Shown here piece by piece: positions 8,066 through 16,896 of a stretch of DNA of 63,418 bases. A program made the translations under genes and the position numbers. Each line of letters begins with the position of its first letter. Position 1 is the stretch's first letter. This DNA is from Actinomycetota bacterium (GTDB lineage: Bacteria > Actinomycetota > Coriobacteriia > Anaerosomatales > PHET01), in the NCBI GenBank assembly GCA_037445775.1, contig JBBIJX010000004.1, forward strand, positions 1 to 63,418. The letters run 5' to 3'. Below the pieces are notes generated by a model. That model saw only the letters and a list, made by a program, of their open reading frames with translations, was not told the origin of the DNA and ran no database searches.

Positions 8066-10312
8066 ATGCGTGAACGTGTATCCCGGGCACTGGTGCCCGC
8101 GCTGCTTGCGCTCGTGATCGGCGCCGTGCTCGCCGCGCCGCTCGTGGGCGTGGCGATGTTCGGTGCGCCGGCGAAGGCGCCCGCGCCCGATGGCGTGAGC
8201 TGGGCGTCGGCCGAAACGACACCATCGAGTCAACTCACAAGCAGTACTGCGACGACCGGTAACGCCGGCTGGGCGCGCGCTGACGTGCTCGTCACGATTG
8301 CGGCGACCGACAACGCGGGCGTTGGCGGAGTGCGTGAGATCTGGTATCAGCGCACTCCTCCGGGAACTGTGACGACAGTCGGCGCTGACGTGGCGACCTT
8401 CACCGTCTCGGCAGAGGGCACCACAACCATCGACTACTTCGCCGTCGACACCACGGGCACCGCGGAATCCACCAAGACCGCGACGGTCCGAATCGACAAG
8501 AGCGCGCCCGTGGTCAGCGTGACCGCCACGGCGAGCTACGCGAACACCGCGACGGTGCCGGTCTCCGTCGCCGACACCCACTCCGGCGTCGCGAGTATTT
8601 CGTACCGCCTCGACAACGCAGCCACGCAGACGGTCGCTGCCGCAGCGACGACCATCGGTCCGGTCGTCACGCTCGGCGCACACACGCTTCGCGTGTGGGC
8701 GACCGACGTCGCCGGCAACGTATCTTCGGAGACCACGCGAGCGTTCACGGTGCTCGACACGCAACCGCCGGTCTCCTCGCTCATGGCAACGCCCGCAGCT
8801 GATTGGGCGAGCACGAACGTCACGGTGACGATCACGGCAACGGACACTGCCGGGTCCGGTGTGACCAAGATCGCATACTGGCTCAACACCGGCGCTGAGA
8901 CGACGTATACCGCACCGTTCCTCATCTCCTCCGAGGGGACGACATCCGTCGACTACCGCGCACGCGACGCTTCGGGCAACGTCGAGGCCACGAAGACCGC
9001 GAGCGTGAAGATCGACAAGACACCGCCCGCAGCGCCACAGAGCTTGAGTTACTCGTCGCTCACCGACACATCCGTGGCGCTCGTGTGGTCGGCCGCGACG
9101 GACGCCCACTCCGGTGTCGCTCACTACGAGCTCTTCAACGGCGCTTCGCGGATGGCCACGACCACGGCGCGCGCTGCCTCGCTCACTACGCTCACGGCGG
9201 GCACGCAGTACACGCTGGGTGTGCGCGCAATCGACAAGGCGGGCAACATCGGGCAGTTCGCCACGCTCACCATCACCACGCCGGGCGCGGGATCGAGCGT
9301 GCCGGTGGGTGCGGGTGCGAGCATACCAGTGACGCTTGCGGTATCGGCCGGTGGCCTCAGCGGCTCAGGCGTCGCGTCGGTGACCATCACGAACGTCTCG
9401 GTGCCCGGTGTGCTGAAGCTCTTCCGTGCGATACAGATTCCCGCTCCGGCACCCGGCACGCTCCGCTTCATGGGCGATGACTACGAGCTGTCGTTCACGG
9501 GCACGTTCACCGGCACGGCGACGGTCACGCTGCCCTACGACGCGCGCATCCCGGCCAATCGTGCCGCCGCGCTTCGGGTCCTGCACTGGACCGGGTTTGC
9601 ATGGGAGACGCTTGTGCCCGTCGTCGACCCGGTGAGCCACACCGTGACGTTCGCCTTGAAGTCGCTCTCGCCGCTCTCGCTTGCCGAGCCCGCAGCGACC
9701 AACACGACGGCGACGATCACGTTCACCAAGACGGCGGTGTATGCCACCTTCGGCTCGTCACCACTCGCGACCGCCCGCATGGTCGACGCGAGCGGGACGC
9801 CGCTGCCCGGCTTCACGCTCGTGCTGCAGCGCTTCGTGAACGGGGTGTGGGCGGACTTCGCCACTATGGCGCCGGTCGCGGGTGACCCGGGCGCGTATCG
9901 TGCGAACGCGACGCCGTATCAGGGCGTGCGCACGACGTTCAGGGTGCGCTTGGATGCAAACCCGCTCTACACCGCGGGCGCACCCAAGATGCGCGTCATC
10001 CCGCGCGCCAAGCTCTCCGTGCCGCGTCCGTCGATGACGAGCGTGGGGGCGAACCGCACGTTCTATCTGAGCGGGACGATGCTGCCGAAGCGTGCGACCA
10101 CCGTGCGCATGGAGATCTACCGCTGGAACGGCAGCCGCTACGCGTACGTGACGTACAAGAGCGTGAAGACGAGCGCCGGAGGCTCGTACCGCACTTCGAT
10201 GAAGCTCAGCAAGGGCACCTACAAGTTCCGTACCCGGGTGGGCGCGAACACGTACTCGTCGATGAATGCGCTCACGTACAGTCCGTACTCGGTGAAGGTG
10301 CGGGTGAGGTAG
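8066..10312 (+). CDS. Secreted repeat protein (Ig-type CHB_HEX_C/OmpL47-like repeats + FN3), paralog of 3540..5666
   Basis: Signal peptide MRERVSRALVPALLALVIGAVLAAP. Repeats include TATVRIDKSAPVVSV and TASVKIDKTPPAAP. An FN3-like segment reads LSYSSLTDTSVALVWSAATD. The C-terminal YRWNGSRYAYVTYKSVKT...YKFRTRV module is shared with ORF 3540..5666. Confidence 0.75.
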   Translation: MRERVSRALVPALLALVIGAVLAAPLVGVAMFGAPAKAPAPDGVSWASAETTPSSQLTSSTATTGNAGWARADVLVTIAATDNAGVGGVREIWYQRTPPGTVTTVGADVATFTVSAEGTTTIDYFAVDTTGTAESTKTATVRIDKSAPVVSVTATASYANTATVPVSVADTHSGVASISYRLDNAATQTVAAAATTIGPVVTLGAHTLRVWATDVAGNVSSETTRAFTVLDTQPPVSSLMATPAADWASTNVTVTITATDTAGSGVTKIAYWLNTGAETTYTAPFLISSEGTTSVDYRARDASGNVEATKTASVKIDKTPPAAPQSLSYSSLTDTSVALVWSAATDAHSGVAHYELFNGASRMATTTARAASLTTLTAGTQYTLGVRAIDKAGNIGQFATLTITTPGAGSSVPVGAGASIPVTLAVSAGGLSGSGVASVTITNVSVPGVLKLFRAIQIPAPAPGTLRFMGDDYELSFTGTFTGTATVTLPYDARIPANRAAALRVLHWTGFAWETLVPVVDPVSHTVTFALKSLSPLSLAEPAATNTTATITFTKTAVYATFGSSPLATARMVDASGTPLPGFTLVLQRFVNGVWADFATMAPVAGDPGAYRANATPYQGVRTTFRVRLDANPLYTAGAPKMRVIPRAKLSVPRPSMTSVGANRTFYLSGTMLPKRATTVRMEIYRWNGSRYAYVTYKSVKTSAGGSYRTSMKLSKGTYKFRTRVGANTYSSMNALTYSPYSVKVRVR

Positions 10313-10357
10313 GGGGTACTGCGACGCGCGGTCTGTGTTTCCGGCGTTCGGTGTGAG

Positions 10358-10391
10358 AATCGAAAAGAGGGCGCCTCACGGGGCGCCCTCT
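10358..10391 (-). terminator. Intrinsic terminator downstream of the minus-strand ATPase gene
   Basis: 10-bp GC stem AGAGGGCGCC/GGCGCCCTCT (10366..10391). On the minus strand it is followed by TTTTCGATT. Confidence 0.55.
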
Positions 10392-10556
10392 GTGCATGCT
10401 GCTCATCTGTTGTGCATGGCCTCTGTTGGCTAGGAGCCTGTCGGGGAACCCGCATGAGACCGATCAGCTGACGAGGCGAGTACGTCGAGGTCCGGATCAC
10501 GTCCGAAGCCACGCTCCTCACGTGGAGCGCGCCCAGCCTGACCGTCGGCTTGTTGC

Positions 10557-11735
10557 TCAGGGCTTCCAGCCGGGCATTTCGCGCTTCATGAATTCATCGA
10601 ATAGCGGGACCGTGAACGCCGTGTCCCCATGAGAGGGACTCCAAATCATGCCCTTGCCGATCAGGCCGCTTCGCAAAGGGCCAAGACTCTCCACCTTCCT
10701 GCCCATGAGTGCTGCGATTTCCCCTGAACGGTGAGGACCCGCGCCAAGCTCCGCCATGGCACGAAGATACTCTTGCTCGCGAGGTGTAAGCCGACTGAAG
10801 CGGACGCGGAAGAAGTTCTTGTCTAGCGCCTCTGTCGCATCAACGCTTGCCTGCTTCACATCATTCAGTTCTATGGGTGAGTCGTCAGCCACCTGCCACG
10901 CATGCTTGCCCCACTCCTGCAAGAAGTATGGATAGCCGCCGGTCACAGCGACGATCTCAGCCAGGGCGTCGTCTTCAATGCCTACGCCCTCGTCCGCCAG
11001 TGGCCGCCGAATCGCTTCTCCCGCAGCCTCAGCGGACAAAGCGCCAACCGCGGGGTAGTCATAAAGGCGTTCCGCATAGGACTTCGCGTCGCCTGCAAGT
11101 CCTGCCACCTGAGGAAGCCCCGCTCCGAACATCACGATGGGCAGGCTCTCCTGTGAGATCATGTGGAATGCGACGATCAGCGATCGCAGATCGTCCTCGT
11201 TGAGGTACTGGATTTCGTCAACGAGGATAATCACGGTGGCATCGGCGGCTTTGGCTGCCCGTCCAACCGAGACCAGCAACGCCGCCAAGTCAATCTCCAA
11301 GTTGCCGGAGTCTGCTACAGGACCCTCGCTGACTTCGAATTCGAACTCCCCGATGGAAATCTTGAATGCGTTCGCAAAGCCGCGAAGTGCGCCAAGCGCC
11401 TGACCGGTTAGTTCCTTCGCCCTCTCGGAGCGACTGAGCCGGATGAGCGTACTCTTGAGCGATGGGGCTAGATACGCGGCCAGACGCTGGGTCTCCGGCG
11501 CCTCCAGTTTGACCTCCAAGTACCCGAGGTCTCTTGCGATCTGGCCGATCTTGTTCAGCAGGACTGTCTTTCCGACGCCTCGAAGTCCTAGGAGTATCTG
11601 GCTCTTCTCGAGCCTGCCGTCCCGTATGCGGTGAAGGGCGATGTCGGCTGCCTCGATGATTCGGTCTCGACCAACTAGGGCAGGCGGCTGAGCCCCGGCG
11701 CCGGGCGCGAATGGATTTCTGCGCGGATCCATCAA
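10557..11735 (-). CDS. Orphan AAA+/STAND-like ATPase with C-terminal winged-helix region
   Basis: Walker A GLRGVGKTVLL and Walker B IILVDEIQYL. The C-terminal LTPREQEYLRAMAELG looks like a wHTH. The gene and its flanks are visibly lower in GC than their neighbours. Confidence 0.75.
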   Translation of the reverse strand: MMDPRRNPFAPGAGAQPPALVGRDRIIEAADIALHRIRDGRLEKSQILLGLRGVGKTVLLNKIGQIARDLGYLEVKLEAPETQRLAAYLAPSLKSTLIRLSRSERAKELTGQALGALRGFANAFKISIGEFEFEVSEGPVADSGNLEIDLAALLVSVGRAAKAADATVIILVDEIQYLNEDDLRSLIVAFHMISQESLPIVMFGAGLPQVAGLAGDAKSYAERLYDYPAVGALSAEAAGEAIRRPLADEGVGIEDDALAEIVAVTGGYPYFLQEWGKHAWQVADDSPIELNDVKQASVDATEALDKNFFRVRFSRLTPREQEYLRAMAELGAGPHRSGEIAALMGRKVESLGPLRSGLIGKGMIWSPSHGDTAFTVPLFDEFMKREMPGWKP

Positions 11736-11877
11736 TCATCCTCCTCGAGGAGTGGATTTAGAGTGATCTATCGGTGACTTACTAGTCTATCGGCATCTTA
11801 CGCAATGAACATAGCAAGTTTACTGCGGTTCATCAATCTATACTCGCCACATTACGCAGTACTCTGATCCCCACGCC

Positions 11878-13578
11878 CTACGGCGTGCTCGTCGGCGGCA
11901 CCGACGGGGCGGGTGGCGCCGGGGGAGGCGGTTTGCGCGGTACGAACCACGCCATCGACGTCCTGATGGTGTTGCGTGTGGGCGCCGTGCTGGTCACGTA
12001 GACGGGGTAGTTCGCCGTGGCACGGCCGATATCGCGCTTCGCCCGGGCGACGCCCATGGCGTCGGTGATAGCGGTGTTGCGGAGCGTCTTCGTACGCAAG
12101 CGCCACGTGAACGTGACGGTCGCGCCAGCCACCGGCAGCCCGTCGCCATCGAGGCAGCGCGTGCGCGCCGTGACTGTGGTCCCGTGGACCGGCGTGCTCG
12201 ACGACACGGAGGATTCCATTGTCTGGATGTCGAGCGAGGGGATGAAGGACGACTTCGCGGTTCGCGTGGTGCCGCCGCCCGTCACCGACGCCTCTACGGG
12301 CACACGCCTTCCCAGCGTAGCCGCGCCTATGTTGCCGGAACTCCGGGCGATGCCCCTAGTGTCTGTCTTGGCCTGGACCGTGACCGTCTTGGTCCGGTAG
12401 TGCCAGTTGAACGTGACCGGCAGCTCCGCCATCGGCTTGCCGTCGCGGCTGAGCACCGTGGTCTCCGCTTTCACGACGGTGCCGCGTGCGGGATAGGCGT
12501 CGGAGACGGTGGTGCGCACGTAACCGATCTCGTCCGTGGGCACGAACCAGGTCGAGCCCGCCGATGAGGCGATCACGGTCGAGGCGGATGCTCCTGGCGT
12601 CGTGCGTACTTGGTGGGCGCTCACCGAGACGCGCCGCCCCACCTTCAGGCGTGCCGGGTCCGCAGCGACCCTTGCCTCGCCTGCCGCATCGGTGTAGGTG
12701 TGGACGGAGTCCGAGCCGTCCGCGTAGTTCCAGCGAAACTCGATCTTCGCCGCCTCCACGGGCAGCCCTGATGAGTCGTAGCAGCGCGCGGACGCGCTGA
12801 TGGTGCGAGCGGCAGCCGGGTAGCGGTGCGAGACGGACGTGCTTACAGTGAGCCGGTCCGAGACGCCGAGCCCAGTTGGGATGGTCTGGATGATGTCGGC
12901 GAGATCGTTGACCGCGCGGTTGAGCATGGTGCGGGTGACGAGCTCGGTCATCGCGTTCATCGCGCCCATGCGGTAGTGAAGCTCAAGCGTGGGATACATC
13001 GCCCGCGAGGCCAGAGCTATGTCGACGGTCGAGGCGCGCACGTCGAGGATGGGCGCGCGGCTCCAGGGATTCACCCAGTGGCTGTTCGCCCCGGGCTCCG
13101 AGAGGAGCCGATCGACTTCGGCCTCGTACAGAGCATGCAGCGCGAGGTCCTGCGGTCCGAGGCGCGTGTGGAACGGGACCGCCATGTCCGCGTAGTAGTG
13201 CGAGAGCACGCCCAAGTGCCGGCTTGCTGCGAGGAAGTCGCCGCGACGGTGCGCATCGACCGCCTGTTCGTACAGGGTGGCTGCCACGTCGGGCGCGCCA
13301 CGGTAGGCGCCGCTCGCGAGGTAGGAGTGGTTAGGGCGGTCCGCTTCGCCGTAGACCCAGTCCGGATCGTCGGTCACGAGCAGCGCCGCCTGTGTGTCGA
13401 CCCATGAGGGCTGCGCGATTCGGAGAGCCTCGTAGAGGATCCAGTCGTGAGTGCCGAACCCGTCGGGTTCCGGGCCGTTCATCCAAGCGAGTGCCGGGGA
13501 GGGGGCGCAGACGACGAACGCTGCTGCGATGAAGAGTACGATGGACCTGCGCACGACCTGTGCTCCCTTGTCTACCAT
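11878..13578 (-). CDS. Secreted zinc-dependent phospholipase C-like domain protein with Ig-like repeats and Pro-rich tail
   Basis: Signal peptide ...FVVCAPSPALA, then WMNG...GTHDWILYEAL and LGVLSHYYADMAVPFH, which is the H..HY..D...P.H zinc-PLC/P1-nuclease-type motif. Four roughly 90-aa repeats follow, and the C-terminus is PPPPAPPAPSVPP. Confidence 0.6.
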   Translation of the reverse strand: MVDKGAQVVRRSIVLFIAAAFVVCAPSPALAWMNGPEPDGFGTHDWILYEALRIAQPSWVDTQAALLVTDDPDWVYGEADRPNHSYLASGAYRGAPDVAATLYEQAVDAHRRGDFLAASRHLGVLSHYYADMAVPFHTRLGPQDLALHALYEAEVDRLLSEPGANSHWVNPWSRAPILDVRASTVDIALASRAMYPTLELHYRMGAMNAMTELVTRTMLNRAVNDLADIIQTIPTGLGVSDRLTVSTSVSHRYPAAARTISASARCYDSSGLPVEAAKIEFRWNYADGSDSVHTYTDAAGEARVAADPARLKVGRRVSVSAHQVRTTPGASASTVIASSAGSTWFVPTDEIGYVRTTVSDAYPARGTVVKAETTVLSRDGKPMAELPVTFNWHYRTKTVTVQAKTDTRGIARSSGNIGAATLGRRVPVEASVTGGGTTRTAKSSFIPSLDIQTMESSVSSSTPVHGTTVTARTRCLDGDGLPVAGATVTFTWRLRTKTLRNTAITDAMGVARAKRDIGRATANYPVYVTSTAPTRNTIRTSMAWFVPRKPPPPAPPAPSVPPTSTP

Positions 13579-13664
13579 GGGCGGGGGCGCTCCCTAGGGT
13601 AGCATGCCCGTTTCGGCGTGTCTGGTCAGGGCACTCCTGTGAGCGACAAATTGCCATATATGGC

Positions 13665-13952
13665 ATGCAGGATCCGCACCCGTTCGAGATCTCGAACGCC
13701 TTGGCGCCGGGTTCATACGTGAGCCTTGAGTCGCTGTTCGCATTCCGCGGACTCATCTCGGAGGCGGTGTACGTCACGACGGCTGTGAGGGTGGGTTCTG
13801 ACGATCCGGAGTTCGTTCGTGAGCGGCGGCTTCAGCGTCTTGACGAAGTCGACTCCGAGCGCCTGCGCCGTATGGCCGAGCGAACCGGGAGCCGCAAGGT
13901 CAGCCGAGGCCCGATCCATGGCCAGTCGGCTCTGCTACCCTCGACTACGTGA
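13665..13952 (+). CDS. Small protein resembling the N-terminal part of AbiEi-type antitoxins (possible remnant)
   Basis: The motif GSYVSLESLFAFRGLISEAVY resembles the (Y)xSxESAL.xHGLI.E signature of AbiEi proteins. Its stop overlaps the HAD start (GTGA). The ATG abuts a 14-bp palindrome. At 95 aa it is much shorter than full AbiEi proteins. Confidence 0.35.
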   Translation: MQDPHPFEISNALAPGSYVSLESLFAFRGLISEAVYVTTAVRVGSDDPEFVRERRLQRLDEVDSERLRRMAERTGSRKVSRGPIHGQSALLPSTT

Positions 13953-14662
13953 CTCAAGACCCGCACACACGCCCCACGCTGACCTGCGTGCTGTTCGATC
14001 TTGACGGCACGCTCATCGACACGCTCGGCCTCATCCGCGAGTCGATGCGCCACGCGACCGCGACGGTGCTGGGCGAGCCGTTGCCCGATGACGTCCTCAT
14101 GCACAACGTGGGCATCCCGCTCGCCGCGCAGATGCGCGAGTTCTCCGCCGAACACGCCGATGCGCTCCTCGCCGCGTACCGCGAGCATAACGACCGCGTG
14201 CACGACATCCTCGTGAGCGAGTATCCGGACGTCGAGGGCGGGCTTGAGCGCCTATCGGCCGCAGGGATGCGCATGGGCGTGGTCACCTCGAAGCTGCGCC
14301 GGGTCGCTCTTCGCGGACTCGAGCGCTTCTCGCTGGGGCGCTTCTTCGAGGTGCTCGTAGGCTCGGACGACGTCGACGTTCACAAGCCCGACCCCTACCC
14401 GCTCGTCCACGCGGCGCGGCTTATGGGCGTCGAGGCCGCACACTGCGCGTACTTGGGCGACAGCCCCCACGACATGGCCGCGGCACGCGCAGCGAACATG
14501 CTCGCCGTGGGGGCCACGTGGGGCGTTTCGTCGCGCGCGCGCCTCATGGACGCGGGCGCTCACCACTGCGCGGACGCGATGTGTGAAGCGGTCGAGGTGC
14601 TGCTTGAGGCGGGCGTCGGCATGAGAAGCGAATCCGTGGCGCCAATCCAAGAGAGGCTGTAG
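13949..14662 (+). CDS. HAD-superfamily phosphatase (phosphoglycolate phosphatase/PpaX-like)
   Basis: Motif I is VLFDLDGTLIDT, motif II is VVTSK, and motif IV is YLGDSPHDMAAA. Confidence 0.85.
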   Translation: MTQDPHTRPTLTCVLFDLDGTLIDTLGLIRESMRHATATVLGEPLPDDVLMHNVGIPLAAQMREFSAEHADALLAAYREHNDRVHDILVSEYPDVEGGLERLSAAGMRMGVVTSKLRRVALRGLERFSLGRFFEVLVGSDDVDVHKPDPYPLVHAARLMGVEAAHCAYLGDSPHDMAAARAANMLAVGATWGVSSRARLMDAGAHHCADAMCEAVEVLLEAGVGMRSESVAPIQERL

Positions 14663-14731
14663 GGGAGAGAGCCCTCCCGTTGTGGAACAATGGCTAGGGT
14701 GGTATCAGCACGGATCTACCGAGGAGGCGTT

Positions 14732-16075
14732 GTGTCGAAGCGCACCAAGATCATCGTCGCGATCGTTGCTCTCGTCGTGCTCGCCGTTGTGGCGTCCTTC
14801 ATGTTCATGGGCGCGGGCGGCACAGGGCCCGAGGTCGAGACCGCGACGGCACAGACTGAGGACCTCGCCGTCACGGTGACCGCTTCGGGCAAGGTCAAAG
14901 CAGGCGCCAGCGCGGACGTTTTCCCAACCGCTCCGGGCGCCATTGACATCATCTACGTCGAAGACGGAGAGACCGTGACGGCGGGCGCCAAGATAGCCCA
15001 GCTCGACACCACAGCGCTCGAGCTCCAGGTGGCACAGGCCCGCGCGGGCGTGGCCGCGGCGCAGGCGCAGCTCAAGAACGTGGGCGCGTCCGGCGGCTCA
15101 TCCGCCGACGTCAAGGCCGCGCAGTCCGGGGTCACGGCCGCGAAGCGTGGCTACGACGCGGCGGTGGCTGGGCGAACCGCCGCCAAGAGCGCGTACGATA
15201 GCGCGGAGGCGGCCTACGGCGCTGCGAGCGGGATGCTGCCCTCCGACAGCCCAACGCTGACCGCGCTCGAACTCCAGAAGGAGCAGGCGTGGGCGGCTTA
15301 CAAACAGGGCGAAGCGGGCGTCGCGCAGGCCAAGGCCGGGCTCGACAGCGCGAATGCGGGTCTCGCGCGGGCGAAGGCGGCAAATCCCGCTTCGCAGCGT
15401 GACGCCGCCGAAGAGGGAGTTCGGCAGGCCAACCAAGCGCTAGCCGCAGCTGAGCAGGCGCTAGAGGATGCGACGCTCAAGGCCCCTATGGGCGGCGTGG
15501 TGATCTTCAACGCGCCGGCAGCCGCGCTCGGGGGTGGGGCGAAGCCCACGGAAGGTTCGGCGGTCTCACCGCAGGCCGCGCCGTTCACCGTGGTCGACCT
15601 GGACGCGCTCACGTTCGTTGCCGAGGTCGACGAGGCCGACATCGATCGGGTGAAGCCTGGCATGACGGTGGCGGTCACGCTCGACGCGTTCCCCGGCGAG
15701 GAGTTCGCCTCGACGGTCAGCCGGGTGAATCCCGCCGCGCAGCTCACCGCGACCGGAGGCACCATCTTCGAGGTCGAGGTCGCACTCGAGGGCATCGATG
15801 CCGACATCCTCATCGGCATGAAGGGCGACGCCGACATCGAGGTCAGCTCGCGCGGCTCGGCCCTCACGATCCCGGTGGAGGCGCTGTTCAGCGAGGGTGG
15901 CACGGATTTCGTGTACGTGGTCAAGGACGGGAAGCTCAACAAGACCGAGATCACCGTTGGCGCGACGACCGATACCCAGGTTGAGGTGCTCGAAGGCCTC
16001 GCCGACGGCGATGTCGTCGCCCTGTCGGGTTCGACCCAGTACACGGACGGGATGCCGGTCCGCGTCAAACAGTAG
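14732..16075 (+). CDS. Efflux periplasmic adaptor (HlyD/MacA family)
   Basis: N-terminal TM segment, long Ala-rich coiled-coil hairpin, and beta-barrel C-terminal part. Start set at GTG 14732 behind GAGGAGG. It sits upstream of the ABC ATPase and permease. Confidence 0.8.
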   Translation: MSKRTKIIVAIVALVVLAVVASFMFMGAGGTGPEVETATAQTEDLAVTVTASGKVKAGASADVFPTAPGAIDIIYVEDGETVTAGAKIAQLDTTALELQVAQARAGVAAAQAQLKNVGASGGSSADVKAAQSGVTAAKRGYDAAVAGRTAAKSAYDSAEAAYGAASGMLPSDSPTLTALELQKEQAWAAYKQGEAGVAQAKAGLDSANAGLARAKAANPASQRDAAEEGVRQANQALAAAEQALEDATLKAPMGGVVIFNAPAAALGGGAKPTEGSAVSPQAAPFTVVDLDALTFVAEVDEADIDRVKPGMTVAVTLDAFPGEEFASTVSRVNPAAQLTATGGTIFEVEVALEGIDADILIGMKGDADIEVSSRGSALTIPVEALFSEGGTDFVYVVKDGKLNKTEITVGATTDTQVEVLEGLADGDVVALSGSTQYTDGMPVRVKQ

Positions 16076-16086
16076 CCAGAGGACCA

Positions 16087-16896
16087 ATGACCGAACAGAC
16101 GAGCCGTCCCTCCGGGGACGGCACTCACGCCTCGCCCTGCGGCGGACGCGTCGTCCTTGAGGCGAGTGGCGTCACGAAGGTCTACGAGCTCGAGGGCATC
16201 GAAGTGCGCGCGCTCTGCGGCATCGACCTGCAGGTCTGCGAGGGCGAGATGCTCGCGATCATGGGGCCGAGCGGCTCGGGGAAGTCGACGCTCATGCACA
16301 TCGTGGGGCTGCTCGATCGCCCCACCAACGGGGCCGTCACCATCGACGGCGTCGATGTCTCGCGCATGGAGCCCAACGAGCTCTCGGCGGTGCGAAACAA
16401 GCGCATAGGCTTCGTGTTCCAAGCGTTCAACCTGCTCGCGCGCACCACGGCGACGGCCAACGTCGAGTTGCCGCTCGTCTACTCGGGCCTCTCCGGGGCA
16501 GAGCGGGCGCGTCGTGCGCGCGCGGCGCTTGAGCGTGTGGGGCTCGGGGAGCGGCTCACGCACATGCCGAATCAGCTCTCCGGCGGGCAGCAACAGCGCG
16601 TCGCCATTGCCCGTGCGCTCGTGACCGAGCCGAGCATCGTGCTCGCCGACGAACCAACCGGCAACCTCGACTCGCGCAGCGGCATCGAGATCATGGCCTT
16701 CCTGCAAGAGCTCAACCGCACCGAGGGCGCGACGATCGTGATCGTCACCCACGACGCGAACGTGGCCCGCCACGCGCAGCGCATCGTCGAGATCTCCGAC
16801 GGGCGGATAGTGCTGGACACGCGGGTCACCGACCGCATCGACGCCGCAGCGGAGCTCGAAGCGCTTCGGGCGAGGGATGGGGGTGCACCGTCGTGA
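16087..16896 (+). CDS. ABC transporter ATP-binding protein (MacB/LolD type)
   Basis: Walker A GPSGSGKSTL, signature LSGGQQQRVAIARAL, and Walker B IVLADEPTGNLD. Confidence 0.93.
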   Translation: MTEQTSRPSGDGTHASPCGGRVVLEASGVTKVYELEGIEVRALCGIDLQVCEGEMLAIMGPSGSGKSTLMHIVGLLDRPTNGAVTIDGVDVSRMEPNELSAVRNKRIGFVFQAFNLLARTTATANVELPLVYSGLSGAERARRARAALERVGLGERLTHMPNQLSGGQQQRVAIARALVTEPSIVLADEPTGNLDSRSGIEIMAFLQELNRTEGATIVIVTHDANVARHAQRIVEISDGRIVLDTRVTDRIDAAAELEALRARDGGAPS

